Assembly: GCA_004212155.1 (NCBI GenBank)
Contig: RXIG01000015.1
Coordinates: 1-64,000, forward strand
DNA: 64,000 bases
From: an archaeon
GTDB lineage: Archaea; Methanobacteriota_B; Thermococci; Methanofastidiosales; NM3
Direction: 5' to 3'
How positions within the stretch are numbered: the first letter of the stretch is position 1; each line of letters begins with the position of its first letter. The position numbers and the translations under genes are program-made. The notes under the pieces are model-generated. The model searched no databases, was not told the DNA's origin, and worked only from the letters and a program-made list of their open reading frames with translations. Below, one piece after another: positions 48,618-57,051 of this stretch.

Positions 48618-49634
48618 ATGAATAAACGAAAGTTGATGGCAGGAGTGTTCCTGCTGTTGTGCATGCTTGCCGTCGATGTCAGCGCCCATGTTCCGCGGGA
48701 GAGCGCCGACAACACGAGCCTCGATACAGCATACCCTATCGAGGATCCGCTGAAGTCGTGGGTTTTCTATGATGACATAGCGCATGTGGAACAAGTGCGC
48801 TACTACTCGTTCACGATGACCGCAGGACAGAGGATACGTGCTTCAGTATTTACACCCGATGGGGGTTCGTTCGCGCCTTGGCTAGTTGTCATGGGGCCTA
48901 CGTTCGACATCTCAGGACCAGTGTTTCCCAATGTGGAGTTGCCGGATTCATACGGTGCGCTAGTCTACGAGGGATTCAAGCGGGGAGCGGAGTATGAACC
49001 GTTCACGCCTGGCGCCTATTATTACACTGCAGAAGCAGACATCGTCGTCTCCGGCAACGGCACATACTATATCGCTGTGGCATCCCAGGACGGCACAGGC
49101 CCCTTCGGGCTTGCACTCGGCTATGAGGAACGCTATATGCCCATCGAATGGGTGCGAGTCGCAACCGATGCAATAAGGATACGTATCTGGGAAGGAAAGT
49201 CTCTTATAGAAATATTCTATCCTTATGTGGTTGCAGGCATTGTATTGTTTGGACTCGCCTGGAAGAAGATGCGTGAAAAAACTAAGACGATAAACGCCTT
49301 TATGGGCATAACGCTCATCGTTGCAGCGCTCTACTGTGGAAGCGGGCTAGCTGTGCTGCACCACTGCTTGGTGTCGGTGGCATTGGCGGGGGTGGGTCCG
49401 ACCGTCGTTGTGACACTCATCTTTGCAGCACTCCCCCTCGTCCTTGGTAGAGCGGTATACCGCCTCGGATGGGGTCGTGCGTCCACAAGTGTGGACAGGG
49501 CTGTTAGGGTAAAGCTTGCCCTCTATGGCGGATTGGGGCTGGTCGTATGGGCGGGATTGATCGCTGGACCGTTGATAGCGCTTGGAGGAAGCATGATGCC
49601 GCAGGGAGTACTTGTAACATCATCTATGTCATGA
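48618..49634 (+). CDS. Exported/membrane hypothetical protein
   Basis: Signal peptide ending SA-HVP, YEPFTP, G..E motif, C-terminal TM helices. Confidence 0.7.
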   Translation: MNKRKLMAGVFLLLCMLAVDVSAHVPRESADNTSLDTAYPIEDPLKSWVFYDDIAHVEQVRYYSFTMTAGQRIRASVFTPDGGSFAPWLVVMGPTFDISGPVFPNVELPDSYGALVYEGFKRGAEYEPFTPGAYYYTAEADIVVSGNGTYYIAVASQDGTGPFGLALGYEERYMPIEWVRVATDAIRIRIWEGKSLIEIFYPYVVAGIVLFGLAWKKMREKTKTINAFMGITLIVAALYCGSGLAVLHHCLVSVALAGVGPTVVVTLIFAALPLVLGRAVYRLGWGRASTSVDRAVRVKLALYGGLGLVVWAGLIAGPLIALGGSMMPQGVLVTSSMS

Positions 49635-50223
49635 ATCCATCGAGGGTGGCTGTCTCGTGGCTGCGCTCAACATTCATGGATGCAGACTTCTCTGCCTTTT
49701 TGGGTATGGATTTCCTAAATAGCTCCAGATTTCGCCGTTTAGGCCTGAACTGACTGTCGTAATAGACGCTCCATAACGAAGCAACCGAGGTATCGGTAAT
49801 ATCTCCCAGCCGCTCCTCAAAGAATCGAACAGTGGACTGAAGGGAATCGCCCCTGCACTTGAACAGGCCCCGGTCAGTATAGAGCGATATCCATGTCACA
49901 TGGGGGTTGCCAAGTACGACGATAGTGTGTGGATACCGTCGTGCCAGGCGGTCGCAGACCATCTGTCCCACATCATGGTGGGGCCTTAAGTGCCCGTGAA
50001 GCACTACGTCTGACAACGGTGTGAGGCGAACGAATCCTGACATCCTGTGAAGCTCCAATCGTACGGATGACACCATGGCACGGATCTTGGCGTCAATGCG
50101 TGTAGAAGCATGCTCAATCTCATATGGCGTCTTCTTACGCGCATGATTCATCAATGCTGGCGTCGCATTCTTATGACATGAAAGGTAGTCTAGGAAGTTG
50201 TTTGGCATGTTCATGATGTCCAC
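49624..50223 (-). CDS. DUF4130 (TIGR03915-like) protein
   Basis: E.HRM.GFVR, P.H.V, R.P, LW..YY.S...P.R.N. Confidence 0.8.
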   Translation of the reverse strand: MDIMNMPNNFLDYLSCHKNATPALMNHARKKTPYEIEHASTRIDAKIRAMVSSVRLELHRMSGFVRLTPLSDVVLHGHLRPHHDVGQMVCDRLARRYPHTIVVLGNPHVTWISLYTDRGLFKCRGDSLQSTVRFFEERLGDITDTSVASLWSVYYDSQFRPKRRNLELFRKSIPKKAEKSASMNVERSHETATLDGFMT

Positions 50224-51434
50224 CTGTCAAGCGTACACTCGCCCCAACCATTGATGAGGAGGAATGGGGATGCATGTTTCATCCTTGCACCAAGGTAGTG
50301 GAGCTGTCTCCTGGAAACGATTGGTTGGGATACCCTTGCGCTGAGTATCCGAGAAGCTGTGATGGGACCAATGCCGGGAACATGGAGGAGATCCTCATAC
50401 GTTGCGACGTTTGGGTCAACGGGTCTGTCCAGCACAAGGCGAGCAAGTTCGAATTTGGGGTCCCGATTCGTGAGCGCACCTTCATCATCGAAGATGGCAA
50501 AGAGTTCCTCCAGGGGGAGCTTGTAGACGCGATAAAGCCAGTCGAGCTGGTAAAGGCGATGTTCTCTCCACCGTGGCTGCATCTTTTCATTTTCAAGCAA
50601 GGTGCCTTCCACGGGTGTGAATGCTGAGTAATAGACTCGCCGCACACTGTATCGCCTGTATTCCTTTATCGATGCACTAAAAATTTCATCATCGCGTTCA
50701 TGTGCGCCACCGACGATCATCTGCGTCGTCTGTCCCGCTGGAAGAGGGATGTGCCGTTGTAGTGAGCAGATGTACCTTTGCCTGCGTAAGATGTCATTGA
50801 CATAATCCTTGCTCGTAGATAGTTCGTCCATGCGTGAAGGAGAGACCGTCTCTATGTTTACGCTCACACGATCAGCAAGCTCAAGGCACTGTTTGATATG
50901 CTCCTTCGATGCACCCGGCAAGACCTTGAGGTGCACATATCCCTGAAACGCATATCGGGTGCGGAGGATGTGCACAGACTCGATCATACCCTCCATTATA
51001 TCATCGACATCCGAACCAATGCCAGAGCTAAGGAAGAGGCCTTCGATGTAGTTGCCGCGATACAACTGCACGGTAAGGCGGGCGAGTTCCTCGGGCGCAT
51101 AGGCATAATCACCGGAGTGTGAAGCGCATGTCGAAGCGTTGGGGCAGTAACCGCACTCGTGAACGCAACTGTTGGTGTAGAGTGTTTTGAAAAGGCTCAC
51201 GCAGCGCCCATCGTGTGAGAAGGAGTGGCATACGCCGCCGCTTGCAACATCACCTAACCGCTGGGTCCCCTTCGGAGTGCGCGAACAAGCTGAAGACACG
51301 CATATGTCATGCTTTGACCCCTCACCCAGTGCCCGGACCTTCGCCATGTCATACACTCCCTCACTGCCCAGGGGGCCAAGTGTATCGAAGCGGCTTTCGT
51401 TAGCCAAGTGCAGTATCTTATCGAGTGAAGTCAC
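50211..51434 (-). CDS. Putative DNA modification/repair radical SAM protein (TIGR03916-like)
   Basis: GVCHSF..DGRCVSLFK.L.TN.CVHECGYC, IEGLFLSS, GY.HLK.LPG, REHRLYQ.DWL.R.Y, HhH VPGIG. Confidence 0.88.
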   Translation of the reverse strand: MTSLDKILHLANESRFDTLGPLGSEGVYDMAKVRALGEGSKHDICVSSACSRTPKGTQRLGDVASGGVCHSFSHDGRCVSLFKTLYTNSCVHECGYCPNASTCASHSGDYAYAPEELARLTVQLYRGNYIEGLFLSSGIGSDVDDIMEGMIESVHILRTRYAFQGYVHLKVLPGASKEHIKQCLELADRVSVNIETVSPSRMDELSTSKDYVNDILRRQRYICSLQRHIPLPAGQTTQMIVGGAHERDDEIFSASIKEYRRYSVRRVYYSAFTPVEGTLLENEKMQPRWREHRLYQLDWLYRVYKLPLEELFAIFDDEGALTNRDPKFELARLVLDRPVDPNVATYEDLLHVPGIGPITASRILSARVSQPIVSRRQLHYLGARMKHASPFLLINGWGECTLDRWTS

Positions 51435-51490
51435 ATAGGAAGTAGGGTATCCAGATTAATAATATTTGAGAGAGCAGCAGTAAGGTGAGA

Positions 51491-52870
51491 TCATGGATGC
51501 GTTTCCATGCGTTCTACGTAGCGTGACATGTCGAACTTGCGTTCAAGACCCCTGTCGTTCATGTAGCGCACCTTTCCGAAGACCGGGCGTTCCTTCCATG
51601 GGCGGTCATGATTACCAAAGCACCAGGCAAGCCCTGCATATCCGTTCGGATCACGCCCATCGAGCTCATATCGATTGTTGAGCTCAAGTGCCCTCGAATA
51701 GGCGTCGGCTGGCGTTTCGCTCCACTCGAGGATCTTTTTTCCCCAGTACATGCGCATATACCCGTGCATCTTGCCTGTGTTGACCATTTCCTTCTGTGCT
51801 GCGTTCCAATACGAATCGTGCGTTCGGGCGTTTTCAAGCTCGTCGTAAGAGTATATATGTTCCCGTCTATCATCGGCATGGTCTTCAAGCGTTGCCCGGG
51901 CCCAGGAAGAGACGCCCATAAGCGTATCGTAGTTGGAGTTGTAATGCACATAGTTCATCGCAAGCTCTCTGCGTACGACAAGCTCCTCGAGGAACGCATC
52001 GGCCCCTTCTGTCTGGTGGCCCAACACCGTGCTTGCGACAGTGACAGGTGAGATCTGTCCAAAGTGCAAATAGGATGACAAGTGTGAAACGCTGTCCTCA
52101 GCAGGGTCGTTGCGAAGCGATGCGTAGGTTGGCAGCTTTTGTTCCACGAACTCTGATAAAAGACGCTGTGCCACGCTCGTACCCCCCTTGAACGTCGAGG
52201 ATAGCTGTCGTGTTCTCGTCTTCGCAAGCGTTCTGAGAAGCAAGCGCCGGTCCTTTTGCAACAACCCCGTCTCATCACGTTCAGACGATGTGATGGTGAC
52301 CTCCTCGTGATGAGGTGCCACCAAGTATGTCAAGGCATGCTTCCATATCTTCGGTCGTATGGTGGCGGCAGAGTATTCCTCCTTCTGTGACGTAACACCC
52401 AGTGGTACCACGACGTTTGTCTCCACCATTACCATAGGGCATGTGACGGATGATGAGATTCGCTCCCTCCAGGCCTTGCCACTGCGAACATAGTCCGCAT
52501 CGGTAACGAGAAGCGCGGCGTCCTCGGAGAGGGCTGTGACGATTCCTTCTGGTTCACCCTTGCGTACGATGAATCCGATACCGCGGTTGGCAAGAGAACG
52601 CTTCACCTCATCGATGCCTTCGAGCATGAACGCATAGTGAAGCCCTGTCGCGAAAGGGAGTGAAGGTATGATGCAAAATAGTACGAGGACTGGCAGACGC
52701 AAAGCGTTTGCAGAGATGACCGCATACTCAAGCGCGTGATTGTCCTCTGCGCGCTGCGATGCATGCATCCAGTAGAGCACATAGTCGCCGCCATGTCCTC
52801 CTCCTTGTGTTAGCAGGTGTATCCGTTCTGAGGCAAAGGGCAACTGTTCATCGGCAGGTACGTTGCTAAT
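51491..52870 (-). CDS. phr: Class II CPD photolyase (start uncertain: ATT 52870, TTG 52843 or ATG 52933)
   Basis: YVLYWM...QR.EDNHAL, S.LS.YLHFGQIS, EEL.VRREL, GKMHGYMRMYWGKKILEW, DGRDPNGY, WKERPVFGKVRYM. Confidence 0.93.
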   Translation of the reverse strand: MSNVPADEQLPFASERIHLLTQGGGHGGDYVLYWMHASQRAEDNHALEYAVISANALRLPVLVLFCIIPSLPFATGLHYAFMLEGIDEVKRSLANRGIGFIVRKGEPEGIVTALSEDAALLVTDADYVRSGKAWRERISSSVTCPMVMVETNVVVPLGVTSQKEEYSAATIRPKIWKHALTYLVAPHHEEVTITSSERDETGLLQKDRRLLLRTLAKTRTRQLSSTFKGGTSVAQRLLSEFVEQKLPTYASLRNDPAEDSVSHLSSYLHFGQISPVTVASTVLGHQTEGADAFLEELVVRRELAMNYVHYNSNYDTLMGVSSWARATLEDHADDRREHIYSYDELENARTHDSYWNAAQKEMVNTGKMHGYMRMYWGKKILEWSETPADAYSRALELNNRYELDGRDPNGYAGLAWCFGNHDRPWKERPVFGKVRYMNDRGLERKFDMSRYVERMETHP

Positions 52871-53729
52871 GAATTCCGCACCCCCCAATGTTATCTCGAT
52901 GCCACCATAGCATGGTACTCCACTGGTAGACATCGAGCACGTACGACCCTTCCTTCTTGTGCATCACCTCACTAAGGAACGTGGCTAGGCGGGAACGTCT
53001 TGTCTCATCTCTAGCAACGAACCTACCCGCCAAGTCATCGACCGCCTCGCCGACAGATCCATAGGTCATCTCCATCTCCATCTTCGTTACTTCCATATTT
53101 GGGTAGATGCCCATGCCATAAAGCACGTTGTAGAGGAGATTCGCCTTTGGCCCTGGAACATATGCGTTGCCGTGGATGCGCGGCCACGCCTTGATGTACA
53201 GCTCATCCCACGACGTGAGACCTGAAAACCACAGAAGGTATACATAACCCGTTGATATGCCGACCATCTTTTTCAACGCAGAGCGAATGTCGTACATGCC
53301 AAGGGAGTATGATGCGATGACGACATCATAGCTGCCCTCGAGATCGGCATCAGCGTCCACGTCCTCCCATGTCTTTTGAATATAGTCGACATTTTCAACG
53401 TTCTCCTCCGCGATGTTGCCCTGGAGAAACTCGATCATGTAGGGCGCGGGTTCGATCGCCGTCACATGGGAAACAACACGAGACAAGGGTATGATTAGAG
53501 TCCCTGGGCCGGCACCTATGTCTAGCACCCTGCTCTCGGGGGATATGTCCATTGACTTCATGATCCTGCGCCCCTTGGCCCAATCATTTCCTTTGATGCG
53601 TTCATTGAACTGTTCCACGCGTTCGCGTGAGCTCCAGTAAAGGTCGTTCTTGCCAATATGCTTTGAAGCGAGATGGCGCTCCATGGTCGTGTGCCAAACT
53701 TCGTTCCAATCGATCTCTTCAATTTTCAT
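52866..53729 (-). CDS. Class I SAM-dependent methyltransferase
   Basis: IDWNE.W N-terminus, VLDIGAGPG, WED, YDVVIASYSL, LY.MGIYPN. Confidence 0.85.
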   Translation of the reverse strand: MKIEEIDWNEVWHTTMERHLASKHIGKNDLYWSSRERVEQFNERIKGNDWAKGRRIMKSMDISPESRVLDIGAGPGTLIIPLSRVVSHVTAIEPAPYMIEFLQGNIAEENVENVDYIQKTWEDVDADADLEGSYDVVIASYSLGMYDIRSALKKMVGISTGYVYLLWFSGLTSWDELYIKAWPRIHGNAYVPGPKANLLYNVLYGMGIYPNMEVTKMEMEMTYGSVGEAVDDLAGRFVARDETRRSRLATFLSEVMHKKEGSYVLDVYQWSTMLWWHRDNIGGCGIH

Positions 53730-54070
53730 CGCATCTCACCCGGACATGTATCTGTACCGAGGGTATCTGTCCGACTGCATTCACCTTCCGCACAAGGAGG
53801 GTTGCCAGACAGACTGGCTCGTCGCTATGTGATACGCCTATGCACGAAATAGCGCGTTGAACTTATTATTAATTAGGTGCTTCGACTTAAAGATATTCGG
53901 ATATAAATCGATTCCATTTCGCCCAACAACCCCCCCGGTTGCTGGGAAACGCTGAGCGTCTGCCCGAATCGGGCATCGAAACAGGCAGAAATAGTGGCAG
54001 GAACATACGAATGCCTATGAAACAATGACAACGTGTCTCTACGATAGGGTCTCAGAAGAATAGTGAGGTA

Positions 54071-54158
54071 TGGTGCGGGGGATGGGATTTGAACCCACGA
54101 ACCCCTACAAGACTAGGCCCTCAACCTAGCGCCTTTGACCAATCTCGGCAACCCCCGC
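54071..54158 (-). tRNA. tRNA-Leu(GAG)
   Basis: GCGGGGG...CTAGG-TT-GAG-GG-CCTAG, long variable arm, CCCCCGCACCA. Confidence 0.95.
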
Positions 54159-54299
54159 ACGGCAATGTACCATGACACGAGCCGCATCATCGTACACACG
54201 AGCCCACGAACGTGGACTGAGGTCTAACCAGTCTGGAGCATTGGGATTTATAAACGTTTCGGAATTTTTTTGTTGGCGCTTCCTCAAGCATGAGATCGC

Positions 54300-55457
54300 T
54301 CACGTCACTGCGTTTCGCAGGCTGAGACACGCATCGTGCTCTAGAGCCCTGCATGTGCGAATAGATTTTTGCAGCTCTTCGACGCGCTCGACGGTAAAGT
54401 GTTGCTCCACAGTCTGGGAGGCATCCCATATCGCTTCATCTATGGCCTCTGAGAGCCATTCGAGTTGTTTCAAGGCCTCGGGTCCTCGCTTTTCGAAGAC
54501 GCGGGATTGTTCCTCTGTGAGCGAACGTACCTTGTATGCCGCATCCCAGTCCTCGGGAAGAGCTACGTTTGCTATATCAGACCACATCAATGCTGCCTCG
54601 TCAAAGTCTTCGGCAGCCTTGATCAGTGCATCATTGCAAACCCATTCATATGCCTCGCGCAGGAAGGAAGCATACATCTTTCTGAAGGCGCTGCCACCGG
54701 TGCCTGCCTGCTCGATATAGAGCATCGTATTGTAGAGGCACTCGAAAAGCGATTCTTCAGAAAACATGGCTGGCCACTTCGGTATTGTCATTGCCCACTT
54801 CTCCATGCCTGCCAGGCCCAGATTCGATATCGGGGGGTCGAGCATTCCGTTCGCACATTCAAGGATGGACGCCTTCAACGCATCGATCGTGATCCCCCAC
54901 TCATCGGGCACTTCCAATTCGATCCACCTGTTACGGGCAGGAAACGGTGGTGCAGTCGATCCTCGCGCGGCACGCAGCTCGTCGACCGTCAACGTGAACG
55001 GATACTCGCTCCTGTCGGCCACCTTCACCTCCTGCGTCTTTTCGTCAAGTGAGAAGACGGTCACCGTATGTTCCCCAAAGTGTGATTTCGGGGGCATGTA
55101 CATGTAGGGCAAATGGGCCATGTCGACATAGACGATGGTCGGTATGCCCTCCTCCAGCTGTGAGATGAGCGCGGCGTGTGCCTTCCTCTCGCTTGTCGTG
55201 TGCCGCACGGACGCAGAGGCGCCCACGCGCTCTGCAGCCTTGATAAAGAAATCGTCGCTTTTTGCTCCGCGGGTTCCGATGAACGGCGCGTTCATGTTCT
55301 TGGCATACCAGTAGATGAAGCCGATGCCACCGCCAAGCCCAAGGAGCATCTCTTCAGATGCGAAACAGCCGAAATGATGAAGTGTATGGCGAAGTGAAGC
55401 AGTCTGGCAATGCTTGCCGCCAAGCGTTGTGAATCCGGGGATGTGCGTGGTCGTCAT
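54300..55457 (-). CDS. BtrH N-terminal / DUF4872 protein (papain-like fold)
   Basis: G.HC.T, SEEMLLGLGGGIGF.Y, VDM..LPY, HF..H, GTGG.AFR.MYA.FL. Confidence 0.8.
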   Translation of the reverse strand: MTTTHIPGFTTLGGKHCQTASLRHTLHHFGCFASEEMLLGLGGGIGFIYWYAKNMNAPFIGTRGAKSDDFFIKAAERVGASASVRHTTSERKAHAALISQLEEGIPTIVYVDMAHLPYMYMPPKSHFGEHTVTVFSLDEKTQEVKVADRSEYPFTLTVDELRAARGSTAPPFPARNRWIELEVPDEWGITIDALKASILECANGMLDPPISNLGLAGMEKWAMTIPKWPAMFSEESLFECLYNTMLYIEQAGTGGSAFRKMYASFLREAYEWVCNDALIKAAEDFDEAALMWSDIANVALPEDWDAAYKVRSLTEEQSRVFEKRGPEALKQLEWLSEAIDEAIWDASQTVEQHFTVERVEELQKSIRTCRALEHDACLSLRNAVT

Positions 55458-55504
55458 CGTCTGACACCACACTACCATGGAACACACGACATATAACTAT
55501 TTTT

Positions 55505-55981
55505 TCACACAAAGGTCGCATTGACCCATGCACCCACAATATAGGTAACAAATATCACGACAACGGCGATAATGAGATGCTCTGCAATAACGCTCAACGC
55601 TGATTTGTTCTGGATGCGCGCGATGTAGAAGTTTGCAACGATGAGAAGGAAAAATCCCCATGCAACACTTATGATCACCGCGTTGCGAAGACAAAACGTC
55701 ATGATGGGTATGACAAACGTAAGTGCGAACACGAACTTTGATAGGAATGTGGAAACAGTAGACTCCCACACATGCGTGTCGTCGTTAGCGCACTTGGACT
55801 CCTCGGAGATGTGGATGCCAAGGGAATCGGAGAATGCATCGGCTATCGCTATGGTGATTATGCCCCCTATGATGGCTGGTTCTGACTTCGTACCTGCATA
55901 CAATCCCATGACAAGCCCTAGAGTCGTGATGATGCCCGATGTCAGTCCAAAGCTGAACCCCGTCTTGAAGGAGTCCCTCAT
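55505..55981 (-). CDS. VIT1/CCC1-like membrane protein
   Basis: FGLTSGIITTLG, IA.ADAFSD.LGIH.SEES. Confidence 0.8.
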   Translation of the reverse strand: MRDSFKTGFSFGLTSGIITTLGLVMGLYAGTKSEPAIIGGIITIAIADAFSDSLGIHISEESKCANDDTHVWESTVSTFLSKFVFALTFVIPIMTFCLRNAVIISVAWGFFLLIVANFYIARIQNKSALSVIAEHLIIAVVVIFVTYIVGAWVNATFV

Positions 55982-56013
55982 ATATGTTACGAAAGCGGTC
56001 CAGTTTATTAATC

Positions 56014-57039
56014 TTATTGTGAATCGTTAGCGTCGCATGCCGCGTTAACCACGGCACGCATGTTCTCGATCGTGGTGTACGGAGGCACACCGCAAGCGGA
56101 ACATACGACATCGACCCCATCGCAAATATTTCTGAGCGCCTCCATGTAAACATCTGTCGGTGACCCCATCAGCAGCGACCCCACCGTCTCCACGGACCCG
56201 ACGAGTGCCATTCTGCCAGATAGAGCATCGTAGGCTTCACGTGTTGAGCAGGCAGGCGCCTCGAACGAGAACGCAGAAAAACCAGAATCGGGCATATAGG
56301 GCAATATGGGTTCTACGTTGCCACAAATATGGAGATATGATGGCACGTCGCGAATTGACCGTGAGAGCTTCCTATACCATGGCATGACGTCGATGATGAG
56401 CGAGCGTGGAACGAGCAGGTCGCATGATGCAGTCGCCTCGGGCACGTAGATGCTGTCGGCGCCCATGCCGATGGCCTCCCTGCAGATGTCGATGAGAAGA
56501 TCTGTTGCAACGCCGATCGCATGGGAGAATCGCTCAGGGTCGCGCATCGAGAGATACAAGAGGTACTCGACACCCCACAGATTACCTGCAAGCGTGACCG
56601 GTCCAGTGATCACACGGGTACATGCGACCATGTCGCCATGGCGCTCGACGATACGCTCAAAGCTCGAACGCACGATAGGGTTCCTGCCAGCATCGAGCGC
56701 CCCCTCCGGTATGGAACAGTCATAGGGGTCGACATCCTTCCATGGATACGTCTCCACGGCGGGATGACGGTCGATCGTGCCGATGTCGATCACCTCGTTG
56801 CCGGCGATCATGGTCGTCTCGGTGACGAGGTCGTTGTGGCTCACTATGCTGTCAAGACCCAGCACCTCGTATCGCGCACACTGCAGGGCACTCAGTGCGC
56901 GAGGGTCGTTGTGGCACTCGGGCCAGCTGACGCCGGCTTGTTCCATCAACGACACGACGAAGGTTGAAAGAAGGGTCGCAGAGGGACGGTCTGTACGCCC
57001 CCCCGTCAGTGCTGAAAGATGTCGGCGCTTCGGGGTGAT
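56014..57039 (-). CDS. MtaA/CmuA-family methylcobamide:CoM methyltransferase (homologous start at ATC 57039)
   Basis: TPKRR.LSAL.GG..DR N-terminus, WPE.H, GP.TLA, Zn ligands LHICG and C-terminal CG. Confidence 0.8.
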   Translation of the reverse strand: MTPKRRHLSALTGGRTDRPSATLLSTFVVSLMEQAGVSWPECHNDPRALSALQCARYEVLGLDSIVSHNDLVTETTMIAGNEVIDIGTIDRHPAVETYPWKDVDPYDCSIPEGALDAGRNPIVRSSFERIVERHGDMVACTRVITGPVTLAGNLWGVEYLLYLSMRDPERFSHAIGVATDLLIDICREAIGMGADSIYVPEATASCDLLVPRSLIIDVMPWYRKLSRSIRDVPSYLHICGNVEPILPYMPDSGFSAFSFEAPACSTREAYDALSGRMALVGSVETVGSLLMGSPTDVYMEALRNICDGVDVVCSACGVPPYTTIENMRAVVNAACDANDSQ

Positions 57040-57051
57040 GCACAGACCTCC

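Noticed and set aside
53736-53780. 14-codon uORF (MQSDRYPRYRYMSG) or riboswitch upstream of the methyltransferase
   Set aside because: The SD-like GGTGA abuts the ATG and I recognise no riboswitch consensus; likely chance
40054-54070. Integrated element at tRNA-Leu or tRNA-Arg
   Set aside because: No integrase and no duplicated tRNA 3' end seen by eye
54159-54240. C/D sRNA in the tRNA-Leu leader (GATGATG, repeated ACACGAGCC)
   Set aside because: No matching D boxes or guide complementarity identified
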